This document shows, in pieces, positions 26,290 through 39,899 of a stretch of DNA of 64,000 bases (its first letter is position 1; each line of letters starts with the position of its first letter). The stretch lies in assembly GCA_037447605.1 (NCBI GenBank), contig CM074820.1, positions 1,240,001-1,304,000 on the forward strand. The letters are read 5' to 3'. Made by a program: the position numbers and the translations under genes. Below the pieces are notes generated by a model that saw nothing but the letters and a program-made list of their open reading frames with translations, did not search any database and was not told the DNA's origin. This DNA comes from Zygnema circumcarinatum SAG 698-1b (Eukaryota > Plantae > Zygnematophyceae).

Positions 26290-29200
26290 CTATAGCCCTC
26301 GTCGTACTGTACAATCGAAGAAGCGGCTGTAAACATGATCTACAAATTTAATCAGGGAGCATATGATGTCTGCAGTGGATTCCTAACATGTTCATCCTTA
26401 AGTGTCTGACGCAAAACAATCAAACTTAGGCCTGCTAAACTAGTAAAATTGCATTGCATAGTACAGAATCTGCAGGATTTAACAACTAAGTGATATTTGC
26501 GATCAGTGTACAGCTATGGAAAATGAAACCCTGCAACCTCCCATTCTCTCTACCGAGCGAGAAAAAAGTATTGATAGGACATCTACACGACAACAAAGAC
26601 TGCACTGGCATGCTTTACTTTATGCTCATGTGATCGTCAGAACTTTTAAGGGTTTTTAGGGGTTTTAGGGTTTTTAGGTTTCTACTGCGACCAACCCAGA
26701 GTCCATGCAGAAAAACTGAGCTTACTTATTAGAAGCGATAGATGGTGACGAATTGAGCTTGGGTGATGCTTGGCGCCTCTTGACGTCAGGAGCGATCTCC
26801 AGCTTTATCGCAGCTAATTCCTTCTCCATCGACCACAGTTCGCGCCTTGATTTCTTCGCCTCGGTCTCCATTGCCCTTGTCAGCAACTCCACCTTCTTCG
26901 AGAGCATCTGCAAAGAGAATCACATGCGGAGAATTCCCTGCTCAGATGGAGGTTCATCACAACCGTCCCGTTTCATGAATTGCTGCAGAGAATACAGCAT
27001 TACAGTGCGCATGAGGAGCTGCATGCCTACCTCAATAGCGTCATCTCTATCCTTCAGACCTTGATCTTTCTCGGCTCCCGCTCTTCTTAAAGCTACCACC
27101 TCTTTCTGCAAAACATCATATAGAATGCCCGAGACCGTATCTTCATTCGTGAATTCCTCTCCACCTTTACTGTGACCATCATCTGGATTCCCTCGGCTAC
27201 GCTGATCTAAGTCCAAACCGTGTTCCATTATTCCATTAGCTTTGCCATTAAAATCATCGGAGATCGATGGGCTTGTTCTATCTTCCACATCAGCGATAGC
27301 TCTCAGTGAGTCCGTAGAAATGGATGTTCGCTGTTGTAAAGTTCCCGATGAGTACTTCCGGCCGCTTTCTCGATTCCTTGCCGCAGGCTTAACACCATCT
27401 TCAAGTACTTTCAGACGCGCTTGAAACTTTTCCTGCAGAAAGAAGCGCTTTACCAGTCAACAAAGACAAGCCCAACTATGCTTCAGCTCCGAACTTCTCC
27501 ACTACCTTTCTCCCAATTCTTCTGTCCTTTCCTCTCCCACATCATCCACAAACGTTCAGCCACGCTCGATAGGCCAAATGGCTATGAAAGAGCCAAGTGA
27601 AGCTACTCTTTCATGCATTCACCACGGAAAGATTCATTAAAGGATGGATGGGTGGACGGATCCTTGGATGCTACCGAGACAACCGGATTCAAAGCTTAAA
27701 CTTATGGAACCTCACATGAGTCTCCATGTCAAACCCGGATACGCAGTTGATGGGAACAGCTTAAAGAATAATATCCAGTGCCGCCACTAACTAAGAAGAG
27801 TTTAACATTGCACACGTGTTTGTCACGATCATGAAATTGTACAAGGAGGAAAAATAGCAAAGCTCCGTACCTTCATCTGTGTCTCAAACTTGACTGCTCT
27901 TTCAGCCAGTGAGAGCCTCTCTCGGAGGCCCTGTGCTTCACCCTGCAAACCGCTTGCGGGGACATACATCAAATCTTGCGAATGTATGCAACTTCTGGCC
28001 ACCAGGAAAAAGGCTCAGGCTACTGGATTGTTTACAGATCATCATCTGACATTCAAAGTGCAGTGGCAGTGACCAGACACAGTCTGCAGTTCATAGAATT
28101 CCAGTTGCTGCTGATAAGCAAAAATGAAAGATAAAGCGTAATTTTTGAGATTTGCAGACCCAACACCTCCGTACCTGCATTACTTTCCTTTCCTCCAGCC
28201 ACTGCTTCATAGGAATAACCTTGTCCTTCTCGTCTTTCCATTCATTAGCCACCACAACTGCAACTCTGTTGACAGCTATCTTTGCACGGGCTAACTCTTC
28301 TTGCGTTATCTTCAGTTCCGCCTGCAACAAACAACATCAAATCATCTGCTAAGCTGTACAGGAAGTGCTCTGAATACAGTGGAACGCTGCAATCATATAA
28401 CAAATATGATCAGGATGAACAAATATATTCCGTTGCAAATGTAGAAAAGCCTTTCCTTGATGCAACGCTTCCCTCTTAACGCACTTGCTGACATTCAAAA
28501 ATCAACCAGTGATCCACCCTGCCGATCTGCAACTTAATTGGTGCAACTTTCTTGGATCAAACTTCGGCAATGCCTCTCTTCCCCAAAAACAGGGTAGTGC
28601 AGTTGAAGCTAGGCTTCATTTTGTTTCTACATTCTAAGTCAGGAATTATCTTTAAGGACCAAACGTACAATCCGCGGCCCTGAAACTAGCATTCGTGAGT
28701 TTTATTCACACCCAAAAACACCGAAGAGTATGGACAGCACTCTACTTAGCAAAAAAGTTTTTCCCAACCATTTTAATGAAAGAATCAAATTCCTTTCAAA
28801 CTGTGCTGAGTTTTTTGGTCAGTTCAACTTCCTATGCCAACGATTCATCAGGCATTCCAGCATTACAGAATGAATGATGTACAGATTTTTCGGCCTTAAG
28901 CCTGTCCCTTGTTAGCTAGCTTTGACACCTGCCACTGCGATTTCATGATCTCTGCCATAAACATGTGCTCTAAACGACTTTTCATTGTTGTTCGGTACTG
29001 CAAATGTTTATCCCTTCAAAGTCTAATTCAACTAATTAGGTCAAAACCCTAACGCACAAGCCAGTAAGCATGTTGGCTACTCCAATCCCCTCACTGGTCA
29101 CTGTCGTCCCCCTTGTACAGAAATATCGGTTTAACTCCACTTTTCGCCTGTACTTGTGATCCAAATGCTCACACATCAACTAGAAAGAGAGCCACCCTTC

Positions 29201-31577
29201 TCCACTAACATGCTCGCTTGGCCACTGCAAAACCTAACCACTACGTTCGCTAAGGACAAGGATGAGGTTCAATAGTCTGCCTATTCAATTGCCCTGATGG
29301 CCATTCTCTCTTTCCATCCAGTTGCTAGTCAGACTTCATTCTGCAATGCTGCACTCATGCGGTGCTTTAATCGATTCTTCTAGATTGTTTTATCCTCTTA
29401 CTGCGCCGCAGGTATGCAAAACAGACCTGTAAGTCTTGCACTTGCCGCTGATAGTCCTTTATTGTACTTGCAGATGCTCCGGCCGCTGTTAGAGCCTCCT
29501 CCAATGACGCTACCTCTGCTGTTAACTTCTTGACATCCTCTACCTTTTGCTTGTAAAGTTTGTCCAGGGTCTTATTTTCCTCCTGCAGCAGACGGAACAG
29601 AAAATGAAAATGCGAGCAGAGAAAACAGCTTACATCAGACCTATGCATCTCCACGATCACCTGACCAGAATAGGCTACTTCTTTGCCATAATGTAGACTC
29701 CAAGACATAAAAACAATTTCAAGGGGCAAGAAAATCACCTGTACCGCTTCAATCTGCTTTGCCAACTCAAGGTTCCTATTCTGCAAGTCATCAACTTGCT
29801 CCGCCTTCGCTTCAGCTGCTGCAACAGCTTTGTCCGCCTCTACGAGAGCTGCTTCTTTCGTGCGAATAAGTCGTTCCTGAGCCTTGGTGTCCTCTTGTAA
29901 CTTCGCTATCTGCAAACTAGTGGCTTTATCAGAAATGGATAAGAAGTTTAAAGGAGTATGAACTCACGCTTCTCCCAACGTATTAATTTAAATTAACACT
30001 GGTGCCTTAGCTTTACTAAAAGCTATAAAGCTGGGAGGAGGACATCGAAAATAAAGTAGAGGATCAGGACGAGGGTCCCGAGAATCAGACTTACCTCCTT
30101 CTGTGAAACCTTTAGCTGGGCTTCTAGTGGAGCAATGGCGAGTTCAATTGAAGGTGACGCGACGTCCTTCTGAGAAGATTGAAGGCGTCTCATGGTTGCT
30201 TCTGCCGCTGCTTGTGAGGAGCGCGCCATCTTCTTGTCATCGTTTGTCTTCTTCAGCTCTAGTATCTGGGAACACCAGGATTAAAGCCACAAAATTCCTT
30301 AAATATCACAAGTGCCAACAGATCCGTTTTGATGAACTCTGCCGCAGTAGATGAAACCCTAATTTGGATTTGCCAATGAGTAAAAATCTCACAAGGGCTG
30401 GCCTGAACTCAAAATGATAGCAGTGACAGCTGCTTCTTACACATCAGCTGACTACTTCTATCCAACTTCCAAAGCGAGTACACGGGATTATGGCAGCTTA
30501 CTTTACTTTCCAACTGCTTTTCAACAATAGTATTTTTCTCCCGAAGACTTTCCAAATCGTCCCTCAGCTGGTAAAGAGTAGACAAAGAAGAAGCTTCAGT
30601 ACATAGAGAAACAACAACCCAAACTGATCACCAATCAGACCAGTTAGAATCCAAACTTCGGCTAAATATCTGTAAAAGCTTAGACTGCATAACTTCCGCT
30701 GCCAATGACTCCCAAGCATGCTTGTGATTCACTAAGACAAAACACGGACTTCGCATGGACAAATGCTGCGTCGCTTGAGATCACTAACCACTTTGATTGC
30801 TTTGTCCTTTCCAATGCTCAGCTGCTTTAAGGCCTTGCTCTCCGCAGCAAGCTTTTCCAACTCAAGGCCCTTTACTGCAACCACACACAGTCAAACCTGT
30901 AACTCTTGCAAGACAGGCATACAAACCGGATAACACTGTTTCCACTAAGCTAATAAAAATCTGGTCTTGTTCTCGCCTTAAAATGTTGGAGGTTGATGCA
31001 AATTTTGTAGGTTTCAGGCAAATATAGAACTTATTGACTACCAGCCTAGAACATGCTTTCCTTCCAACTACCTGTTTCACCAAAGTCTCCAACCTTCTAA
31101 AGGAGATGCAACGCTTCGCAGTTACCATCGTCCAGAGTCTAAAATATCCGTTAATCACGAACAAGAACATGGCGAGGAAATGTCACTTTAACCTAATCGC
31201 CAACCCTAAGTTGCAGTGATGTCATTTAAGCTAATTTCCTATCTGGTCAGAAGGGCCAACTGATTCTCTGAAAAGAAAAACAGAGATTGATGACCAGGAA
31301 AAGATTGTTATTGCAACATACCTTTCAGCTCGTTCTCAAGCCTGTTCAGTTCAAGCTTCAGCGGGTCAGCAGACAAACTGCTCGGGGACGCTAGCCCGGT
31401 ATCCGCATCCCCGTTCACTTTCAAAGGGTGGCTCCGCCTCCTAACCTTATCTATCAAAGGCGAACTGCTTCCCAGCCTTCCATATGTCGACCCTGCAGAA
31501 GCTTTCTCCATCCTCCCGTTTCCACTCCCATGCGTCGCGCTGCTCGATCCCTTCCCCTTCCCCGCGTCATCCGCCAT
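26290..31577 (-). CDS. MAP70: Microtubule-associated protein MAP70 family coiled-coil protein; last exon uncertain (stop at 26290 or 26722)
   Basis: DPLKLELNRLENELK, AAAEATMRR, IAPLEAQLK, QVDDLQNRNLEL, RVAVVVANEWKDEKDKVIPMKQWLEERK, DTVSGILYDVLQKEVVALR and MLSKKVELLTRAMETEAKK, all hallmark MAP70 segments. Confidence 0.92.
26644..26680 (+). repeat. Interstitial telomere-like T4-5AGGG tract (MAP70 3' intron or 3' region)
   Basis: ttttaagggtttttaggggttttagggtttttagg. Confidence 0.8.
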
Positions 31578-32795
31578 TCCCTTCCTCTCCCTCCTCTCCC
31601 GACTCCCGCCCTCCCTCCCACCCTCCTCCCCTTCTTCCGCTCCGCTCCCTCCAGCCACGTTAACAGAGCCCTCCGCCCCTCATGTCATACGAGCCTCCTC
31701 CACTTTGCGCGGGGCCTGCAGGTAGGGCATTCCAGCGAGAGAGCGCGCCAGAGAGAGCAAGCAGGTGCAGAAAGAGAGTGAGAAGGAGAGAGGGGGGGAG
31801 GGAGAGGGAGAGGGAGAGGGAGAGCGAGAGTGGGACGGAGAGGGAGAGGGAGAGGGGAGTACGGTATACCCTGCAACAGCGTTTGCAGGAGCGCCAGAGA
31901 GCGAGGATCTGGACCCGCGATTGGCGCCGCACCTGGCGTTCGTACGGACGCGGGCGCGCCAAATGTCAAAGCCCGTCAGGGCCCGGCTCCATGGGGGGTC
32001 GCAACGCGGCCACTTAGCGTGCGCCACGTATTCATGGTTGTGCACGTGGCATCACGCCATTGGAGAATCCCTGAAGGCTTGAACTCGAGTTCGCCGGTTG
32101 TGTCAGAAACATCCCACTGCGGGCCATCCATGGATGGGGCCGCGCAACATCAACCCATGCCCGCGATGCCGTCACGTGGAGGCCTGGACGGTTGAGATTG
32201 TCTGTTAGGACGACGCTGCGTCCGCGATCGAATCAAATGATGAGGCGCAATCTGGCAGCGGCGGCAAGCGCCATCCGACGGCGGAGGGGCGCTCTGGCGC
32301 GCGTGCGAACAGTAGCAAGTAGTCGGTCCAAATTAGGGCGCGAAAAGGGGCGTGCGCGTCCAAGGAAGCATTGCGGTGGCCGACGGAAAGGACGGACGCA
32401 TTGATGAGAAGACACGCGGGATCGACGGCGGCTGGTCGGCGCGGCCTGACACGGGGGGGATCCGACGGCGCACACGTGAGGGCTGCACGTGTCGCGTCTA
32501 GGCGCGGGGGCGGGCCGGCCTATGGGACCCCCCCTTGCCCCGCGGGGGCTCTAGGGCCGCCATGATGTTGTTGGTGTTGGAGTTGTTGTTGTGGTGGGCA
32601 TGGATGCAAGAGTACGGGCTCATGGCTTTCTACTTTCGTCCTTGGTTCCTTTTGAGACAAGTTCCCCATGTGGCTTTGGTCCGCGTACATGTGGTGGCAT
32701 CGCGATCGGGAGGCCAATGCTACTTCATTTCTTCTCTTTATATGTGGAAAATGCTCTGGGCAACACGGATTGTGCAGGTGTAAAACACAGGTCGG

Positions 32796-33090
32796 ACAAT
32801 TGGATCAACCATAGTAGGATGGTAAGAAACCAACCAGCCATCGCCAATGGTTGTAACCATTGCATTCAATGACTACCAACCATTAGCAATGATTAACCAT
32901 TGACAACGATTGCAACCATTGCCAGTGATTGCAACCATTGCCAATGATTGCAACCACTGGGTTGCGACACAGCCAACCATCGCCACCATTAGATTCAATG
33001 GCTACCAACCATTGGCAATGGTTGAGACTATTGGACGGCCAACTATTGCCAACCAATGGCAGGCCAATGGTTGCCGATCCCATCAATGGT
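32796..33090. repeat. AACCATTG/CAATGGTT-rich dispersed repeat, copy 2 (between MAP70 5' end and TIM13 3' end)
   Basis: Shares blocks with 7218-7527; contains gattgcaaccattgcc tandem units. Confidence 0.8.
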
Positions 33091-33745
33091 CCCACCTGTG
33101 CGAACAAGCACAGAATTTGCGTCACAGGTGCGGGGAAAGGTCCAAACGCGGTCCAATCCATACTGCACAGAGTGAGCCTCCTCCCACCTTTTTGACACTT
33201 CAGAATTCCTCGGACTTCGGGTAGCAAGCAGTTTGATCAGGACGAATAGCTAGAAGGAATTCTCAATCATGTTCGATTATGGACAGATCACTTATTGATA
33301 GACAAGGCCAATAGATCAGAAAGCATGGCAAGAGTGTGCAGGTGAAGGCAGCAGAAGGAAACCAGCATGCGCTTCCACTTACTTTCCCCTGCTGTTGTTA
33401 GGCTACCTATGCGGCCACTCTTTATCCTTCAGCCTCTACAGTGGGAACCTTGATATCTCAGTAGCTGACGCTTGACAATTGCCTAAACAAAACGTGAAGC
33501 ACAATATGCATCGCTTCTTTTATTGTCTACTCACTCAGCACCTCGCTTTCATCGGTTACACCCTCAAATAAAGGATCGCTCTAAACGATGTTTGCGATTG
33601 CCACAAAAAAAAAGGGACGAGGAATCTTCTGCCTCTGCCTGCTTGCACGCTATCCTGACAGCCGAAGATGTAGCGACATTATATTCAATCCAGTCAGCTC
33701 CGCCTATCGAATGAATGCTCCATTGGTCTAAGAACACCTTCCTCC

Positions 33746-35241
33746 TCATCGCGTTATCGCAAGCACTGCTCTTGACACGATGCTCGTCGCCTCAATGTAT
33801 CGGTCGACACAACGGGATATGCAAGTACTTTCGGAACTACTCATGCTGCTCCCAGGCTTAGTCACACATCGAGCAAAGCACTTTTCTCTCAATGTCTGCA
33901 AGGCCAAAAAATAGACCTTATAGAGCAGTTAATATCCAGAAGGTGAGCACTTGAAACAGAGCTTGCGCCTCCCTGGATATGCAGCTTTGCTTTCAGAAAC
34001 AATTTCTCCAGAAAATGGAACTATCAATGCCATATTCACTCGCGCATGTCAAGTTTAGGCAGGCAGAATCGGCAAAGGTAACGGGCGTCTTGCATGACAA
34101 GGAAACTGTGACTCACACGACGAGTGAGTGGTTCCGATAGTAATTGTCTATTTGGGCCTAGAAATCATAAGGTCATACGTAATTCAGAAGAATCATGCAT
34201 ACAGTGTACTCCGTTCAAGACTCGCATGCAGTGCTATTAAACCAAGAAGCACTATGGCGTGAGGAGCTGTGACAATCAGCCATTTAACGTCTCTGAAATA
34301 AAACAAACATACTTCGAGGTGAGCTATCAGAATCCCTCCTTAGGTTGAATGTTCCTGAAACTATATGATAGGGTTTTTAGGGTTTTAGGGTTTTAAAAGT
34401 TTTTAGGGTTTTCAGGGTTTTAGGGATTTTAGGGTTTTTTGGAAGACAACCCCCCTCCTAAGTTTCGATTTAAAAATTGATCAAGACAATGAATTTTGTG
34501 AGAGAATGTTGATCATTTCAACATTCATGTTCATCCTATGCTAAGACGAAGGATTAACATGCTTGAAAGAACCTCATTCAGCGACACATATCTCTGTGCC
34601 AGGGGTGTTAATTGATACCTCGTTTTCTCAAACGGTGAATTGATTCTATTGCATATTTTGGTATAGGGATATTAATGCTCAAGGGAAAAAAAAATGAGAT
34701 AGTCTAACGGCAAACGGCTTATAAAGCAGCTTACCAATGCAATATTGGACCCGAACTCTTTCAGCCTGAGGGTCAGCCTGACTGCATTGAACGATTCGAT
34801 TCTCTCAAAAACCCATCCTGATGCCAACTTGTCGCCAAAGCCTTACTAGGTCACGAATCCAAAACCCAAACTGCTCATCCTTTCGGCAAATCGAAATAAA
34901 AATACAATCCAAACAGCAACCATACGGCGTTCAATCAAATTGTTAAACCGGAACCTTATATTGCAATTGCGGATAGCCCACCCGGAATGCGATAATAGAA
35001 AACTAAAGGCCAATCTATCTCTCGAACACAAAGAGGCGCGCTGAGAAATGCATGAGCAACAATATGTAAGGAAAGCTCAACAAAAAGGAAGTGACACAAG
35101 TTTGCTGAAAGCAAGTAAACTGCTCACCGCGAAAAACTCTTCTGCATAGGCCTGCGCGAGCTGCTGCTTGACCTGTTCCATGAGTGCGGCGGGAGAGGGC
35201 GATCCTGCCGAGCCGGAGGGAGGCGAGGAGAAGGAGTCCAT
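33746..35241 (-). CDS. TIM13: Mitochondrial small TIM chaperone TIM13, 2 exons (35241-35128, 33895-33746); not in the ORF track
   Basis: MDSFSSPPSG...MEQVKQQLAQAYAEEFFA|TLREKCFARCVTKPGSSMSSSESTCISRCVDRYIEATSIVSRA, with a twin CX3C motif. Confidence 0.95.
34369..34440 (+). repeat. Interstitial telomere-like T4-5AGGG tract inside the TIM13 intron
   Basis: tagggtttttagggttttaggggttttaaaagtttttagggttttcagggttttagggattttagggtttttt. Confidence 0.85.
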
Positions 35242-36758
35242 GGCTGCCAGGCGAGCCTCCAGGGGCTTCAGGGAGACCTACTGAAAGCAGAGAAATGGAG
35301 GGCAAGGACTGCCTCCCTTTCAAGCCGCAGTGGCCAATAACGACGCGCCACGTGGACAAAATTGCCTACGTGGCGAACCGCCATTGGTGGGTGCTCCCAT
35401 TAAAAAGTTGGCAACCAAGTGGAGTTCAGGAAGGCCCTGAGCTGCTGTACTCTTCTCCCCAGAAGGAGAGGCCGAAGGGGAGCAAGCTGCTGCTCACATG
35501 CAATATGCCACTTTCGACGCTTGATTACTTTGAATTGGAGCCATGTGGATTGTAGGAGAGGAAATGGAAAGAAAGGGAAGAGTGTTAGCGGCTTTTTGCA
35601 GGCAGAGTGCCGCAATGTTTGCATGGATGGAATAGGGTAGAGTCTGAGGGAGAAGTAAGGGGCGCCGGAAGGTAAGAATTGCTGCAGCGAGGTTATGCAG
35701 TGCTTTATTGTGCTCCGGTTAGACGCAGGTGGAGCTCAGGGCTAAAGCCGTGGTTTGGATGGCTGAAGTTTCTATAAGGGTTTGGAATAGTGCGGAGAAG
35801 GGCAAGGATTAATGTGTAAGAGAATATTAGGGTGAAGGAGCTGGGGAATTGTGAAGAAAAACCATGCTTGCATTTGTCTGAAAGAAAAGAAAAATTGGCT
35901 GGTCCGCAATATGTAGTAAGCAAGAGAGTATTAGCGAAAACGAAGTTCGGTCTCCTTTGGACAACTTAGACAAATGGTATTTGGAGTCATCCAGAATGAT
36001 TTGACTATGCGATTAAATTCACGATTAATGCAAAACGCCGCTTGAGGTGAAGTCGAATCGTCAACATCGGGATCAGTCCTAGTGTTGACAAAGATACAGG
36101 GTGACATTTTGACCAAATCATTGATTTTATGAACAACAAAAAGAGCACGCAGGAAATAAATGTTTTGCTATCATCTTTTAATGGAAGGTAGAAGGAGATT
36201 GGGAAGCGTCCAAAGCAGAGGGAGTTTCTTAAGCCAACGGAAGAAACCCCTCACCTATACTTTGTGCATAGTTGGCGCAAGATTAGGAAAGAGCCATTTA
36301 ACTTATGCTAAACTCAAACACTCGATGTGAAGCCCTGACTGTTTCCTGTGTCGGTCCTCTTACGTGCCGGCAATAGCGTGTTTGTTATTCGTAAAGTTTG
36401 TTCATCGGCGAAGCATGCTTTCACTTAAGTTGTAAAATGATTACTCGTCCCCACTTGGAAGCCAACTGCGAAGGTCTACTTCAGTTCCTATTGAGTAGAT
36501 GAGGTGGAACTGCGGGATGTCGCTTTTTCTGAAGTTTCCTGTGATAGTTATTGAGAGAAAAGGTGCAGAAGTTCTAACTCTGCTGCATTACCAACAAACC
36601 TTTTAAACCCCGTGCTTGCTGTAACTGCGTTCATAGATCGATTGAAGCTTACTTTTGGAGATTTTCATCACGAAGCAAATCAGTATCCGCAATCATCCGA
36701 ATACTCATTGTTTTTCTTCGCCAAGCTTTTGAAGGAACCAGTTGCTGGGAGTATCAAG

Positions 36759-38852
36759 ATGGTGAGTTGATGATCCCGTATTTAGCTCAATAAAGCAAGG
36801 GCAGGAAAAAGGGGAGCCCATGTGAATGTTGAACATGGATGACTCCGTGAGCATCACAGGATTTAGTTATTCTGTCAGACTGTTTTCTGAATGTCAAGCG
36901 ATGATTTTGTAGCTTGAGCTGTTTATCTCAAGATTGCATGCACAAGTGTACTATGCTATATGAGGCTAAAGGGGGTGGGGCATGACTCATTTTCGGACCG
37001 CACGGGTTTGCTGCAGGTGAAGAAAAAGACGGTCCGTCAGAAAGTGAAGGAAAAGACATCAAAGCAGACGCAAAAGGTGAAAGGACAAGCTTAGGAGCAG
37101 ATAATATTTCTGAAAATGAAAAAAAAAAAAATGAAAAAATTCTGATATTCTGAGGTTTCCCTGCTCTAAAGTGTCATGCACGTGTTTGGAGTTAATACTT
37201 TTGTGAACCGTCATCACTCAGAAATCCACAGAACAGCTTTTCCGTCTCTCATTCTTTGTTAAGTTTTTGGCCGCTGGGAGCAGAGTGTGCCCACAGACTC
37301 AACAATAAAGTAAGTGTTTTCTTCAGCCCAGCTGACCAAATTAAATCCGTATTGCATTGTGCATGTCTTGCTGTCAAAAATCCGCTGCTCTGTGTCAAAC
37401 TGGTTTCCTTAGACACACTGTTTCGATTCAGATGCATCTATCGCTGTTTTGCTGACTGCTCGCTGTATTGTGAAGACAGTTCAGGCTGCCTTGGCAACAG
37501 GTTTTGTTGAAGGCACGGAAGTGTGAACGCTTATGATGATAATGAATGGTGCAGAGATGAAGATGGACCTGAATTGGCCACCCCAAGAATGCAGCGGAAA
37601 GTGGTGAAGCAAATGCGTTTTCTAGAAAGTATGTCTCCCTCTCACTTTTTGCCACCTCCAAAACGAAGTCACACAGTCAGCAGACAGAGACAGCAGTAGT
37701 GTACAAATTTAATCGGCATGTTAAGGTGGTCCGCTAAGGAGCTCGATTTGCTGCACATGCAAAATATAGCCTTGCTACCACCATCGTTTCAATTTCTATT
37801 TTTCCAATGGTTTCAATATTTACGTTGATTTATCCCGCTGACTTTAAGTATTTTACCTGGACACTGCAGGGCTACAAAGAACTCAGCAGAGCTTAACTCC
37901 AACAAAGTCAATTGGGAAGGTAAGTCTTTATGAAGAGAACTGCTTGCGAAGGAGGAAGCATGAACGGTTGTTTCCTTTACTCCATCTCCCATTCCTCCCA
38001 TTTCTCCTTTCGTTTTCCTTCGTCCTTTTTTCCTCTCTTGTTCTGTCCTCTCCTTCTCTCTCTTTCTTTGGCCCTCTCTCGTCGTTCCTCATCCCCTTCT
38101 CTCTATCCATAAGTGAAATCCACGCATCCTTCTGTCGGGCAATGTAACACCTTGTACTATTCGTACATGTAACCCTGTTCCGTTTTCGCAGAAAAAGCGG
38201 AAAGGAGCAGCACGTAACGTGGGCTTAGCCCTGAGCACCCTTCCTGAACTTGCAGGCGTCCTTCCCTCACTAGCGGAGCCTGCAAAAGCTGTCAAAAGTG
38301 GCCTTCGCCAGCTTCCCAAAGTGGTTCGGAATAAGGCTCGCAAAAGAATCACGTAAGTACTTACAATCTTCGACTCGATTCTGATAATTAGAAAGGGGAA
38401 GTCTAGCACGTGGAAGTCTTCGTGTAGCTGAGATGAAACCCAATGCAGCTGATGTGTGCATAGTAATTCTGGAAACTCCATCCTCTTCCATGAGGATAAA
38501 GGTGGATGATGGCGTTCTCCTTTCTTGCTATTATTTATCCATTATGTCAAGAACTGATAGACATGAAGTCTCCTTATCCTTGTCCTTGTGCTTACTTATT
38601 GAAGCTACGCCTTATGTTTGTCTGTTCAGGACTGACGAGACTAAGCAGTTTGCTGCCGTCATAGCTCATCCTGCTTTCAAGGCCGACCCCTTGGCTGCCA
38701 TTAAGCAGCACCTCCTGAACACCTTGCCAAGCCCTCCCCCTCAGACTCAGACGGCTGGAAGGCCTGCAAATAAGGGGAAGCGGAAAAAGCCCAAACAGAA
38801 GTATACCGGGGAGGAGCCGATCAAGTCAACCCACCAAATGGATACGTCGTAG
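36759..38852 (+). CDS. SLX9: SLX9/FAM207A-like ribosome biogenesis protein; the ATG is the last codon of an upstream exon
   Basis: Exons assemble to M|VKKKTVRQKV...|RKVVKQMRFLE|RLQRTQQSL...|KKRKGAA...KARKRIT|...ETKQFAAVIAHPAFKADPLAAIKQHL. The HPAFxxxPLAAIxxHL segment is the Slx9 signature. Confidence 0.85.
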
Positions 38853-39005
38853 GTCACAGCAGCGAGACAATGACCCTCTTCACTGTTCCGTTTAGAGGAA
38901 CTGTTGCCAACAAGAGAAATACGGAATGGGCTGGCACCTTTTCTATCGGGTTTTTGTCCAGTTCTTGCATAACGAATTGGTGTAACGGCAACGGGTGTTT
39001 CCAAG

Positions 39006-39560
39006 TTATACATTGTAGGATTCCGCATGGCAGAGCCGCCAGGCTCTCAAATTCTGAACAAAAACTTGGTAACAAACAATTCCTAAGCACCATCCTCCCC
39101 TTTCTGAAGCCTCAACGGAGTAAAGGGGACGAGCAAGGGAGGTATTTGAGAACTCCACCATGGTTGTTTTGCTGGCAGATGAGAATATATGCTACCGTAC
39201 AACCGCTCTGTATGAACATTTGAGTACCTGCCTGCTGAAATCTGGACCCAAAATTCTATATTGTTGAACCCCCTGAAGGTATCGTACAGTACCACGTCCA
39301 TTGAAACTATGATACGGTAGCATGTTCCATACCAGGTTCTACGAACGAAGTTGCATGTGTCAACAGCTCTGTACGTTTACAGGACTGAAACCAAAGCCCT
39401 TGCTTTGCTTATAGCAATCCTTTTTCGCGTCCTCCGCATTCTTGTCGAGTTCCATTCGCATGTTCATTCTTTGCTCACCCTCGAGCTTCGAACGCATCAT
39501 GCAAGCCCCACACACGGGACACGTGTCACGATCTGCATCAATCGATTTCAAAAAAACTCC
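39006..39560 (-). CDS. Possible small spliced gene of unknown function
   Basis: Two phase-0 exons with good splice sites: 39338-39228 (NLVWNMLPYHSFNGRGTVRYLQGVQQYRILGPDFSRQ) and 39053-39006 (NLRAWRLCHAESYNV*). An upstream CPVC-containing segment could not be joined cleanly. Confidence 0.4.
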
Positions 39561-39899
39561 ACAAGACAAAACTGGTATGCGCCCGTACGATGCCATTCGC
39601 ATGCCGGAGCAGCCGCCGGCGCTAGCAGGCGCATGCAGAGGCGAAAGATGTAGAGCGAATTGTACTCCGCCGAGATGAGGGAGTGGTGAAATGATTGAAA
39701 ACTGAAGAGTTTCTTTCCTTTTTTCGTACTTCTTCCCATTCAGCCATAGGCTAACATAATGTGCAGGTTCTCCTCTCGTATTTGCTAAGTGAAACGTGGT
39801 ATTTTGTATTTTGTATTTTTAGATTTTTTCTCTCGCTAATAGAGTCATAACCAGCGGGTTTCAACAGAGTGAACAGACATATACCACTACGGCAGAGCG

